From Thermodesulfovibrionales bacterium (lineage in GTDB: Bacteria; Nitrospirota; Thermodesulfovibrionia; Thermodesulfovibrionales; UBA6898), in contig JBIOIY010000023.1 of assembly GCA_044450345.1 (NCBI GenBank), positions 1-41,870 on the forward strand: DNA of 41,870 bases. Direction: 5' to 3'. The translations under genes and the position numbers were made by a program. This document shows positions 20,136-29,194 of the stretch, piece by piece; positions within the stretch are counted from its first letter, which is position 1; each line of letters opens with the position of its first letter. Under the pieces are notes generated by a model. The model worked only from the letters and a program-made list of their open reading frames with translations, searched no databases and was not told the origin of the DNA.

Positions 20136-20726
20136 CTACAGTTCCCTTCGCCCCTCCAGGGCCTTGCCGAGGGTGACTTCATCGGCAAACTCGATGTCGC
20201 TGCCCATCGGAAGACCGTAGGCAATTCGGGTCACCTTGACCTGAAACGGTGCGAGTGTTTCCTTGATAAACTGGGCGGTGATCTCACCCTTTGTATTGGG
20301 ATTCGTCGCGAGAATCACCTCTTTCACGCCGCCTTCCCTGACCCTCCCGACGAGTTCTTTGATCTTCAACTTCTCCGGGGTAATTCCATCCAGAGGAGAA
20401 AGTGCGCCCAACAGTACATGGTACCGGCAGTGGAAGCTCTTTACCCGCTCGATCACGTGTATGTTGCTCGGCTCTTCCACGACGCATATCCTGCTCCGGT
20501 CGCGTGACTCATCGCTGCAGATTTCGCAGAGATCGTTTTCTGTAATATTAAAGCATTGGCTGCAGAACCTTGCCTTCTCCTTCACCGCTTCTATCGCCTT
20601 CGCGATCGACAACGCCTCTGCCTCCGGCATCGAGAGGATGAAAAAGGCCAGCCTCTGCGCGGTCTTCCTCCCTATCCCGGGAAGCCGTGTGAGTCCGTTT
20701 ATCAGGTTATCGATAATTCCGTGCAT
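20136..20726 (-). CDS. recR: Recombination mediator RecR
   Basis: LPGIGRKTAQRLA HhH motif, C4 zinc finger, VVEE Toprim, and TRIAYG.P.G...EFAD. Confidence 0.97.
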   Translation of the reverse strand: MHGIIDNLINGLTRLPGIGRKTAQRLAFFILSMPEAEALSIAKAIEAVKEKARFCSQCFNITENDLCEICSDESRDRSRICVVEEPSNIHVIERVKSFHCRYHVLLGALSPLDGITPEKLKIKELVGRVREGGVKEVILATNPNTKGEITAQFIKETLAPFQVKVTRIAYGLPMGSDIEFADEVTLGKALEGRREL

Positions 20727-20775
20727 AATTATATAGCAGTCTGAGAATGGTATTTGCGTATCACGCAGACCGATT

Positions 20776-20845
20776 TGTCATTCCCGCAAGCAAAGCGCGT
20801 CGGGAATCCTTCCGGAAGAAAGATTCCGGACAAGCCGGAATGACA
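20776..20845. repeat. REP-like double hairpin (GTCATTCCCG...CGGAATGAC)
   Basis: TGTCATTCCCG...CGGGAATCC...GATTCCGGACAAGCCGGAATGACA. Near-identical to the copies at 33917 and 35910. Confidence 0.85.
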
Positions 20846-20902
20846 GATAAATACTTTCATTTCAACTCAACACCTAAAGTCGTAATTCAAACCCGTTCTG
20901 CC

Positions 20903-21244
20903 CTATCTTCCGAACATATTGCCCAGGCCGCCCATACCGGGAATCTGCAGTCCGCCTGTCAGCTTGGACATATCCTCGTTGACCAGGTCATGCGCCCTTC
21001 TGAGCGCCTCATTTGCGGCGGCGAGTATAAGGTCCTGGAGCATCTCTACATCGTCAGGATTCACGACATCCTTCTCTATCTTGATCGATACGAGTTCACC
21101 CGCTCCACTGGCAACAACCGCAACCATTCCGCCGCCCGATGTTGCCTCGATTGTCTTTTTCTTGGCTTCCTCCTGCGCCTTCACCATCTCTTCCTGTAGT
21201 TTCTGGGCCTGGCGCATCAAGTCCCCTAACATCTTTTTAGACAT
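20903..21244 (-). CDS. ybaB: YbaB/EbfC nucleoid-associated protein
   Basis: QAQKLQ, SGGGMV, D..MLQDLI.AA.NEA. Start reassigned to ATG 21244, which overlaps the end of dnaX and has a GGAG RBS. Confidence 0.95.
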   Translation of the reverse strand: MSKKMLGDLMRQAQKLQEEMVKAQEEAKKKTIEATSGGGMVAVVASGAGELVSIKIEKDVVNPDDVEMLQDLILAAANEALRRAHDLVNEDMSKLTGGLQIPGMGGLGNMFGR

Positions 21245-22991
21245 GATCTCCTCCGTTCTGTATTTTTTCAGTGCCCTCATCAGGGGTCACGTCGACTATC
21301 CTTCCTTCAAAGAGTTCCAGTGCCTCCCTGATCAAGGGTTCTTCGAGGACCTTTTCCTTGAGGTCCCTTTTCCGTACGCTTTTCTTATGGGCCGTCGTCA
21401 GCTTTATCCTGAGCCTTCTTCCGGCTTCCTCCGACGCTATATTTTCGAGCGTCTTGAGATTACTCTTAATGGATTCTTCAAATACGGCCTGTCCGCCGTT
21501 AAGGGTCAGGCAGAGTTCATCGCCCTTCAATACCGCCGCGGCGTGCGCGAGCTTAGACGCAAGAGGAGGCTCCACCCTCGCAACAGTCCTCCCCCATATA
21601 TCCTGCTCTGCCACGGAGGCCTCCGTACCCCCCTTTTCACCGGGAATAGCTTCCGGCTCTTTTTCAGTCGTGGAAGCAATAGCTTCCGGCTCTTTCTCAG
21701 CCCGGGGAGCAATTGTTTCCGTTGTCTCCTTCGCAGCGGAAAAATCGTGCCTCTTCTCCGTCTTCTTCGCTTCGGAGTTTCCCGAAGCCGGCCGTGGCCG
21801 TCCTTCCTCCGCCTTCGTACTCCCCACCGGTTTCCCGGGAGTAGTCCCTCCCTGCTGTCCTCTGAGCCTGCTGATGTTTTCCAGCGCTTCCTTAATGGGT
21901 TTGACCGTGCTCAGAAAACTCGCCCTGATGAGGGCCATCTCGAAAGCCAAACGGGGCGATGACGAATTCCTTACGTCTGCCTCAGACTTCATGATCTCAG
22001 AAAGCATCAGCGTCAACTGGTCTTCCGATGACGCCGAGACGATATCCTTGACAACGGCGATCTCCTCGGGGCCCAGATCAAGGACTTCCACGGGGTTCCT
22101 CATGACGCTTGCAACAAGGAGGTCCCTGAAAAACTGCACAAGTTCCTTGGAAAAGGCGCGTATGTCTGTCCCCTGTTCGGCAAGGTGGTCCACCGTCTCA
22201 AGTATCCTGACCCTGTCGCCGTTGATCAGGGCCTTCGACATGTCCGCCAACAGGCCGAAATCGGTGATCCCCAGCAGGTTCTTCACATCTTCTTCGTTTA
22301 TTTCGGCAGAGAAGGCGGATATCTGGTCGAGAATCGTCAGCGAATCCCGCATGCTCCCTTCAGCCGCCTTCGCGACAAGGCCGATTGCCGGCGAAGATAT
22401 CCGTATCCCCTCGGCCTCCGAGATCTCCTTAAGCCGCGCCCTGATCACACTGCTCGATATCCTACGAAACGGCATATGCTGGCATCGGGACAGCACTGTC
22501 GCAGGGATCTTTTTCATTTCGGTCGTTGCAAGGACAAAGATTACATGAGGGGGCGGTTCTTCGAGCGTCTTAAGGAGTGCATTGAAGGCCGAGCCGGAAA
22601 GCATATGCACCTCGTCGATAATGTAGACCTTATACCTGCCGCCGGAGGGGGCGTATTTGACTCTTTCCCTGAGGTCCCTGATATCGTCTACACTGTTGTT
22701 CGATGCGCCGTCGATCTCTGCAACGTCTACCGATGAGCCGTCTGTGATCGCAGTGCATGCGGCGCAGACGCCGCAGGGCGCGGCCGTCGGCCCATCCTTG
22801 CAGTTCAAGGCCTTTGCCAGTATGCGCGCAGTAGACGTCTTGCCCACACCCCTTGGGCCGGAGAAGATATAGGCATGGGCGATCCTGCCTTGCGAAATGG
22901 CATTCTTAAGGATCCGCATGATCGGCTCCTGGCCCACAAGGTCGTCAAACCCCCGGGGTCTCCACTTTCTTGCTAATACGAGGTAGCCCAT
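21237..22991 (-). CDS. dnaX: DNA polymerase III subunit gamma/tau
   Basis: LARKWRP, GPRGVGKT, Zn-binding cysteines, DEVHML, NALLKTLEEPP, SRC and GSMRD motifs. Confidence 0.97.
   Translation of the reverse strand: MGYLVLARKWRPRGFDDLVGQEPIMRILKNAISQGRIAHAYIFSGPRGVGKTSTARILAKALNCKDGPTAAPCGVCAACTAITDGSSVDVAEIDGASNNSVDDIRDLRERVKYAPSGGRYKVYIIDEVHMLSGSAFNALLKTLEEPPPHVIFVLATTEMKKIPATVLSRCQHMPFRRISSSVIRARLKEISEAEGIRISSPAIGLVAKAAEGSMRDSLTILDQISAFSAEINEEDVKNLLGITDFGLLADMSKALINGDRVRILETVDHLAEQGTDIRAFSKELVQFFRDLLVASVMRNPVEVLDLGPEEIAVVKDIVSASSEDQLTLMLSEIMKSEADVRNSSSPRLAFEMALIRASFLSTVKPIKEALENISRLRGQQGGTTPGKPVGSTKAEEGRPRPASGNSEAKKTEKRHDFSAAKETTETIAPRAEKEPEAIASTTEKEPEAIPGEKGGTEASVAEQDIWGRTVARVEPPLASKLAHAAAVLKGDELCLTLNGGQAVFEESIKSNLKTLENIASEEAGRRLRIKLTTAHKKSVRKRDLKEKVLEEPLIREALELFEGRIVDVTPDEGTEKIQNGGDHV
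21645..21733. repeat. In-frame 33-bp tandem repeat (about 2.5 copies) in the dnaX linker
   Basis: AATAGCTTCCGGCTCTTT at 21645 and 21678, with a degenerate third copy at 21711. Encodes EKEPEAI twice. Confidence 0.8.
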
Positions 22992-23053
22992 AGTTCTTAT
23001 AGATGCATACCATGCGGGATGATCGCCGCACCCATTCTGTCTTTTTGCAGGCC

Positions 23054-23150
23054 ACGAGCGACTTGCTGCGGCACACAGGAATAATGCTTATCGCTGCTTC
23101 CTTCCGGATCTGACGAGGTTCACACCTGCCTGTTGCGCAGGGCCGCTCGC
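23054..23150 (-). ncRNA. ffs: Signal recognition particle RNA (small bacterial type)
   Basis: GUCAGAUCCGGAAGGAAGCAGC apical motif within a long hairpin, in the canonical position upstream of dnaX. Confidence 0.95.
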
Positions 23151-23287
23151 GGCCTGCAAAAAAACATAGAATAATGCCGATACCAAGGTGGTATTTTCTC
23201 AGACACCATTCACCGGGAGCGTTGAAAAATGTTCTCTATTCTAGCATATTCATCCGTCATTTGGGCATGCGGAAAGCCCTTCCCGCA

Positions 23288-23316
23288 TTGACAATATAAA
23301 GGTATGGTGATAGCCT
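23288..23316 (+). promoter_or_regulatory. Sigma70 promoter
   Basis: TTGACA, 17 nt, TAGCCT with an extended -10 TG. Confidence 0.6.
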
Positions 23317-23357
23317 TGATTAAAATAGCACAACGAAAAAGAAACAGGAGGAACATC

Positions 23358-23621
23358 ATGAAAACAGACCTCTTCACAAAAGCCGTCCTTTCCGCCATCG
23401 CAGTGCTGCTGTGCATGAATCTCATCAGCGGTCTATTGTCTTCGAGACCAGCCACGGCAGAACAGGCCAACGACACGGTAAACAGATACCAGATATCCGC
23501 ATGGGCCTCCTCTATAGGGACATTCGGCCATCACAGCGGATATTACGTGATCGACTCGACAACCGGGAAAGTGGTCGACAAACATGAAGACGTCCATATC
23601 ATTACACCGCCGATACCCTAG
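23358..23621 (+). CDS. Small hypothetical exported or membrane-anchored protein
   Basis: AGGAGG RBS before ATG 23358, N-terminal D.FTK.VL..IA.LL hydrophobic helix, and a short beta-rich domain. Confidence 0.75.
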   Translation: MKTDLFTKAVLSAIAVLLCMNLISGLLSSRPATAEQANDTVNRYQISAWASSIGTFGHHSGYYVIDSTTGKVVDKHEDVHIITPPIP

Positions 23622-23659
23622 CTCGATTCATATATGCGCTTCGGACCTGGACATGCAGT

Positions 23660-23825
23660 ATGGGACTGTATTTGAGCGGCTTCAATTTCTCGTAGTGACC
23701 CGCCGCAGGACGGGTCGAGAAATTCCCTCGGAGCTCCGGGCTACCGGGGCGACCTGCCTGCCGGCAGGCAGGGAATGAGCGTCCGTCACAGACGGATTCG
23801 CCGGGGAGAAAAAATACGGTCCCAT
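23660..23825. mobile_element. MITE-like non-coding element with terminal inverted repeats and internal palindromes
   Basis: ATGGGACTGTATTT ... AAATACGGTCCCAT (14 bp, 1 mismatch). Internal AATTTCTCG/CGAGAAATT, TCCGTC/GACGGA and a perfect 20-bp CCTGCCTGCCGGCAGGCAGG (23753-23772). Confidence 0.6.
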
Positions 23826-23839
23826 GCCGCATTCGTAAA

Positions 23840-24856
23840 TTATCCGGGAGGCGGGACCAGCGTCTTGATCAACCTGAGCAATTTCAGATTTCTGTCATGG
23901 CTCATTACCGAAAGTCTCAGGAAAGACTTCCCCATCCCTGCAATATCTTTGCAGTCCTTTATTAAAAGACCCGCCCTAAGAAAAGAGTCCAATATCCGGT
24001 CGCCGGGACTTTCCACTTTCACAAGATATACGTTCGAATCAGAATCGTAACAGGTGACGCCCGAGACCTTACCCAGTTCCCTTGCAAGGAGTTCCTTCTC
24101 CCCGGCAATAAAACGGCGCGTGAGTTTCCCGTATGTTTTATCTTTGAGCGCAGTCCTTGCCGCCTCTACGGAGAGTAAGTTCAGGCTGCAGTCTTTCACA
24201 TTCCTTAGCTGCCGGATCGCCTGCTGATCAGAAACGGCATAGGCAAGCTCGAGCCCCGGCAGACCGTAAAAATGTGCGGTCGTTCTTATAATGATCACGT
24301 TCCGCCCTGCCGCGGCAACATGGTCGAAGCTGTCTTCGCCGGTAAACTCTATAAGCGATTCATCAATCACGACAAACAAGTTCTTTTGAGCAGATCCCTC
24401 CAGTATTCTGGAAAGCGTCACCGCGTCGACCGATCTCCCGGAAATGCGGTTCGGGTTGGCGATACACACCAGATCGACACCATCGAGTTCCTTGATAATC
24501 TTGCCGGCATCGGAAGCAAATCCCGATTCCTCAGAGAGATCGAGATATAGTACCTCCGCGCCTGTCTTAGATGCTGCCTCTTCATAAAGGCGCAATGCCG
24601 GGCCCGCGATAAGCACCCTCTTCGGTCCGAATGCCCGCATAATGCTGCCGATGACTTCTCTGACGGAATTTGCAAAAATGATCCTGTCGTTGAGGACCCC
24701 GAACTTCGACGAAAACAGCCTCTCCAGCCTCGCTATAGCCGCATCAGGGCAGTTCTTTATATCCTTAGCCGCTTTACGTATCGCGGCCTTGACCTTATTT
24801 GAGGGACCAAGAGGGCATATGCCCGGGCTGACGTCTATGATCTTATCTTCCTTCAT
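23840..24856 (-). CDS. HisC/CobD-like class I/II aminotransferase-fold protein lacking the PLP lysine
   Basis: Fold motifs (PLGPS, ANPN, IDES, FYGLPGL, IKDC, FLRLSV) are present, but the SxxK motif reads TTAH. Confidence 0.85.
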   Translation of the reverse strand: MKEDKIIDVSPGICPLGPSNKVKAAIRKAAKDIKNCPDAAIARLERLFSSKFGVLNDRIIFANSVREVIGSIMRAFGPKRVLIAGPALRLYEEAASKTGAEVLYLDLSEESGFASDAGKIIKELDGVDLVCIANPNRISGRSVDAVTLSRILEGSAQKNLFVVIDESLIEFTGEDSFDHVAAAGRNVIIIRTTAHFYGLPGLELAYAVSDQQAIRQLRNVKDCSLNLLSVEAARTALKDKTYGKLTRRFIAGEKELLARELGKVSGVTCYDSDSNVYLVKVESPGDRILDSFLRAGLLIKDCKDIAGMGKSFLRLSVMSHDRNLKLLRLIKTLVPPPG

Positions 24857-25054
24857 TCCCTGTCCGGATAAGTCCTGTTTTTGACATGCCGGGCTATTAT
24901 ATCATCAATAGCTTTTTCTTAAAACCGTGGTCTTGAAACCCTGACTTATAAACAGGCTGACAATTGCGAAATTTATCTTTACATGGTGGCCGTGCTCCCG
25001 TAGAATAAAGCTGTCTTCGCAGCAAAAAACATACTTCAAGAGGGGGAAAAAGGC

Positions 25055-25657
25055 ATGAATCTGGTTGAACGTGTCAAAGGCATTTTGCTCAGGCCTAATC
25101 AGGAATGGCAGACCATTTCAGGGGAAACTTCAAGCATCGCGGAGATTTACAAATCCTATATTGTTATTCTCGCGGCCATCGGACCGGTTGCATCGATCAC
25201 AGGGATGTCCATTGTGGGTATAAGCTTGCCGTTCGTAGGGTCATTCCGGATCCCGATAACGACTGCCGTGGCCTCGGCCATTGTGCACTACGTTCTTACC
25301 CTCGTCGGCGTATACGTCCTGGCCGCCATCATTGATGCGTTGGCACCCACCTTCTCAGGCGAGAAGAATATGAACCAGGCATTTAAGGTAGCTGCATATT
25401 CCTCTACGCCCGGCTGGCTGGTCGGTATTTTTACGATTATCCCTGCCCTAAGCATCCTCGGCATCCTGGGTCTGTACGGTTTGTATCTTCTTTATCTGGG
25501 ACTTCCCGTCCTCATGAAGTCATCAAAGGAAAAATCGACCGGATACACGGTCGCGGTCGTTGTTGCGGCCATTGTCATTTTTTTGGTTATCGGAGGCGTC
25601 TCCCGCGCCTTCATTTCCTACCCCACGGCGGGCATGTTTACACCGGGGATGCGATAA
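25055..25657 (+). CDS. Yip1 family membrane protein
   Basis: RVK.ILL.P..EW, IIDALAPTF.G, AYSSTP.W and LYLLYLGLP.LM motifs. Confidence 0.9.
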   Translation: MNLVERVKGILLRPNQEWQTISGETSSIAEIYKSYIVILAAIGPVASITGMSIVGISLPFVGSFRIPITTAVASAIVHYVLTLVGVYVLAAIIDALAPTFSGEKNMNQAFKVAAYSSTPGWLVGIFTIIPALSILGILGLYGLYLLYLGLPVLMKSSKEKSTGYTVAVVVAAIVIFLVIGGVSRAFISYPTAGMFTPGMR

Positions 25658-25687
25658 GAAAAGAGATACGGAAGGGAATATCCCGCA

Positions 25688-25715
25688 GTAGGGGCAATTC
25701 ACGGATTGCCCCTCC
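25688..25715. repeat. GTAG-family REP-like palindrome
   Basis: GTAGGGGCAATTCACGGATTGCCCCTCC: a GTAG head plus a GGGGCAAT/ATTGCCCC stem. Confidence 0.65.
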
Positions 25716-25810
25716 ACTTTCATGGGTAGTACCTGTTGGTCACAAATCTTTTTTGCGCTATAATTGGTGCGACAGGATTTCCAGTATGATAGAATCGATC
25801 CCGGGTTTAT

Positions 25811-26701
25811 GTGATGGATGAACTTCTTAAGGAATTAAGATCTCTGAATATGACACTGCGGAGGCTGGCTGATTCGCTTTTGCCCTCTCCCGACCCCGCG
25901 GTCTTCGATACCTTCAGGGCATTCCATGTATATTCCCGTCAGGATGTGCTCCTTTTAAAGGGGATCAAAGACCCTGATCCTATAAGGTTTCGAGAATTAA
26001 AGGGCGTAGACGCCGTGATAGAGGGGCTCAGGGCAAATACAGAGCAATTTCTCCAGGGCCTTCCCTGCAATAACGTATTACTTTACGGACCGAGAGGTAC
26101 CGGAAAGTCCTCGGCAGTAAAGGCGGTATTCAATGCATACGCCGACAGGGGACTAAGGATGATCGAGATGCAGAGGGACACGCTTGTGCATATCCTCGAA
26201 GTCGCGGAGGTGATAAAAAAGAGAAGGGAGAAGTTCATTATTTACTGTGATGACCTTTCCTTCGAGGAGGACGAAAAGTCCTACCGGCAGATAAAGACCA
26301 TTCTCGAAGGGGGACTCGAGAAACAGCCGGCGAACATGCTCATATACGCCACCTCAAACAGGCGCCATCTAATGCCTGAGAAGGCCGCCGATAACCTGCC
26401 GGTTTTTTCGGAGGGAGAACTTCATCCCGGTGAGACCATAGAGGAAAAACTCTCCCTCAGCGACAGGTTCGGGCTGAGGTTCGGATTCCCTCATTTCGAT
26501 GCGGACACCTATCTCTCCATCATCGATAACTATGCCCACCTTAAGAAGATCGGGCTATCGCAGCAGGAATTGAGAGAAAAGGCAATGCAGTGGTCTCTTT
26601 CACACGGAAGTTATTCCGGCAGGACGGCAAGGCAGTTCGTCGACGACCTGGAGGGCAGGACAGGGCGCGGGAAGCCGTCTCGGTCAGGGAAGGCGAAGTA
26701 G
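25811..26701 (+). CDS. DUF815 family AAA+ ATPase
   Basis: NTEQF..G.P.NNVLL, GPRGTGKSS, CDDLSF, YATSNRRHL, EEKLSLSDRFGL and SGRTA.QF motifs. Start is GTG 25811 or ATG 25814. Confidence 0.92.
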   Translation: MMDELLKELRSLNMTLRRLADSLLPSPDPAVFDTFRAFHVYSRQDVLLLKGIKDPDPIRFRELKGVDAVIEGLRANTEQFLQGLPCNNVLLYGPRGTGKSSAVKAVFNAYADRGLRMIEMQRDTLVHILEVAEVIKKRREKFIIYCDDLSFEEDEKSYRQIKTILEGGLEKQPANMLIYATSNRRHLMPEKAADNLPVFSEGELHPGETIEEKLSLSDRFGLRFGFPHFDADTYLSIIDNYAHLKKIGLSQQELREKAMQWSLSHGSYSGRTARQFVDDLEGRTGRGKPSRSGKAK

Positions 26702-26778
26702 GCCTGGCAATAGCAGGGTGGAAGGCGGATATTTTAATCTGAATCTCTTTAGACCGATTTTGTGGAGCAGGGCATACG

Positions 26779-27414
26779 ATGATTGAGTTGACAGGGTACA
26801 TAAAGATATTTACCGCGCTGCTTGCGATAGTAAATCCGCTTGGAGCGATTCCGATCTTTGTCAGCCTTACCGGGAGCCTGACCGAAGGGGAGCGCAGACG
26901 GATCGTACGGACCACAAGCGTGGCCTTTGCCGTAGTGTTGATTGCGGCCACATTAATCGGTGAGGCGCTATTGAACTTTTTCGGTATCAGCATCCCCTCG
27001 TTCAAGGTCGGCGGCGGCATCCTTTTAATGTTAATGGCGATCTCGATGATGCAGGCCAGATACACCCTGACCAGGCAGACCCCTGAAGAGGCCCGGGAAG
27101 CCGAAGACAAGCAAAGCATCGCCGTGGTGCCGATTGCGATCCCTCTTTTAGCAGGGCCGGGTGCAATATCTACGGTAATTATTTATGCGCACGCGTCGTA
27201 TCAGCCGGTGCATATTGCCTTGATCATCTCCATCGTCCTCATGGTAGCGCTCGTGACATGGGCCGCATTGCATGTAGCCAACCCCATCAGCAAACTGTTG
27301 GGCAAAACAGGAATCAATATCGCAACACGACTGATGGGATTGCTCCTGGCCTCGATCTCCGTCGAATTCATTGCCGGCGGACTGACTCAACTGTTTCCCG
27401 GCCTTGCGAAATAA
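26779..27414 (+). CDS. MarC/NAAT family membrane protein (YchE-like)
   Basis: IVNPLG, VVPIAIPLLAGPGAIST and RLMGLLL motifs. Confidence 0.92.
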   Translation: MIELTGYIKIFTALLAIVNPLGAIPIFVSLTGSLTEGERRRIVRTTSVAFAVVLIAATLIGEALLNFFGISIPSFKVGGGILLMLMAISMMQARYTLTRQTPEEAREAEDKQSIAVVPIAIPLLAGPGAISTVIIYAHASYQPVHIALIISIVLMVALVTWAALHVANPISKLLGKTGINIATRLMGLLLASISVEFIAGGLTQLFPGLAK

Positions 27415-27580
27415 GCATCCTGTTTACGAGGCATAGCCCCGAACAACCGTAATTGACTTCCAATAGAAACATGGAGTGAGCAGTTCTTCCTCTTGAACTT
27501 GACACCTTGCAACCTGATATAATGGTGCATAGTACAATTAGAAAGTAATGCCATCGTGAGCTTGCTTTAACGGGAGGATA

Positions 27581-29074
27581 ATGGAAAACCTGAATGTCCA
27601 GGATTTGCTGAGAATGATCGGGGCTGGAACCAGCTTATTTTATGCGGTTACCGATAACGAGCGGTACACGGAAGGAATTGTGGCGCAGGCCGCCGCGTGT
27701 GTGAAAGGGGTAGGGAGTCCCTATGTTTGGACCTGCACCGAAGGTTTCGTCCGGGAGGGATCGTCGTTCAAAGAGACGGTAGAACCTCTGCCGGCGCTCG
27801 ACTTCGCCATCGCGCAACCAGGACCCGCGATTTTTCTTTTCAAGGACTTATACAGATTTTGGGGGAATAACCCGTTTATTATCAGAAAGCTGAAAGAATT
27901 TGCCGTGCGGGCCCGATCAAAGATCCTGATTGTCATTGGTGAAGAGGAGGCTGTGCCGGAACCGTTGAGAGAAGACGTCGTTATTCTCTACCAGGGACTG
28001 CCTGCCATAGCAGAGATCAAGGCGCACCTGGAGTCCCTGAAAGGACGCATTCCGCTACTGGCGCAGGCCTGTGCCGCCGATCCCGAGCTGGCGGGGGGGT
28101 TGGTAGTGGCGGCCCAGGGGCTTCATCTTGAGGACATCGAGCGCAGCATCGGCGCTTTCAATCAGTCTCAGGTCGGCAGCGGCAACGAAATCGTTCGGGT
28201 GTTCTTCGAGACCAAACAGCAGATCATCAGAAAAAGCGGCATCATGGAGTTTGTCGTCAATGATACCGCTCTGGACCATCTGGGCGGGATAGAAAACCTC
28301 AAAAAATGGCTGGAGCGTCGTGAAACGGCATTCGGCCTGGATAACATTTCTGCCGGTGCAAAGATGCCGAAAGGGGTATTGGTCATGGGGATATCCGGCT
28401 GCGGCAAATCGCTGTTTGTAAAGGCGATCGCCACTCGGTGGCGCCTTCCCCTTATCCGGCTGGATATGGCGGTTGTGTTTGGGGGGGCGTTCGGCTCCCC
28501 GGAGACCAGCCTGCGCAAGGCGTTCAGGACTTCAGAGGCGATTGCGCCCTGTGTCCTCTGGATAGATGAGATCGAGTCCGGCATTTCATCGCAGGGATTC
28601 AAGGTTGAAGGAGGCGCCGCTTCACGGGTCCTTGGGTCGTTCCTGACGTGGATGCAGGAAAAAAATGCGCCTGTTTTTGTCGCTGCTACCGCCAATGCCA
28701 TCGAGATGCTTCCCGCGGAAGTGCTGCGTAAGGGACGCTTCGATGAGATATTTTATATGGGGCTTCCCGATGAAACGGCGAGGGAAGAAATATTCCGCAT
28801 TCATATGAAAAAGCAGAATATCGACCCTTCCGGGACTGATATCCCGCTACTGGCGCGAATGGCCAACCGTCTTTCCGGAGCTGAAATCGAGCAGGTGGTC
28901 AAATCAGCGGCTTTCGAGGCCCTTGCCGATAAGCGTCCCATTGTCGAAAAGGATTTCTTAGCAGCTCTGAGAGGGATCGTCCCTCTTTCGGTGACCATGG
29001 CTGAACAGATAAATAACATCGAGGCCTGGGCCTTTAAGCGCGCAGTGCCGGCCTCGGGGGAATTAAGGCGTTAG
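27581..29074 (+). CDS. AAA ATPase, Ycf46-like
   Basis: Degenerate N-terminal domain (FLFKDL), GG..NLK.WL, GISGCGKS, LWIDEIE, FLTWMQE and LRKGRFDE motifs. Confidence 0.88.
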   Translation: MENLNVQDLLRMIGAGTSLFYAVTDNERYTEGIVAQAAACVKGVGSPYVWTCTEGFVREGSSFKETVEPLPALDFAIAQPGPAIFLFKDLYRFWGNNPFIIRKLKEFAVRARSKILIVIGEEEAVPEPLREDVVILYQGLPAIAEIKAHLESLKGRIPLLAQACAADPELAGGLVVAAQGLHLEDIERSIGAFNQSQVGSGNEIVRVFFETKQQIIRKSGIMEFVVNDTALDHLGGIENLKKWLERRETAFGLDNISAGAKMPKGVLVMGISGCGKSLFVKAIATRWRLPLIRLDMAVVFGGAFGSPETSLRKAFRTSEAIAPCVLWIDEIESGISSQGFKVEGGAASRVLGSFLTWMQEKNAPVFVAATANAIEMLPAEVLRKGRFDEIFYMGLPDETAREEIFRIHMKKQNIDPSGTDIPLLARMANRLSGAEIEQVVKSAAFEALADKRPIVEKDFLAALRGIVPLSVTMAEQINNIEAWAFKRAVPASGELRR

Positions 29075-29194
29075 CGGAAATCACAGGCTGAATCCTTGAA
29101 CGGTCAGGTTCTCAAGTCATCAATAAGGTTATGCAGGAAAAAAAAGAAGGGCAGAGTTGGAAGAAACCATGCCCTTGATTGATGTTAATTTAGC

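Noticed and set aside
21655..21670. dnaX -1 frameshift site
   Set aside because: The minus strand reads G AAA AAG, not A AAA AAG. I saw no canonical slippery heptamer or long A run.
20919..22736. Long plus-strand ORFs (347, 425 and 183 aa)
   Set aside because: Antisense shadows of dnaX and ybaB with no recognisable motifs.
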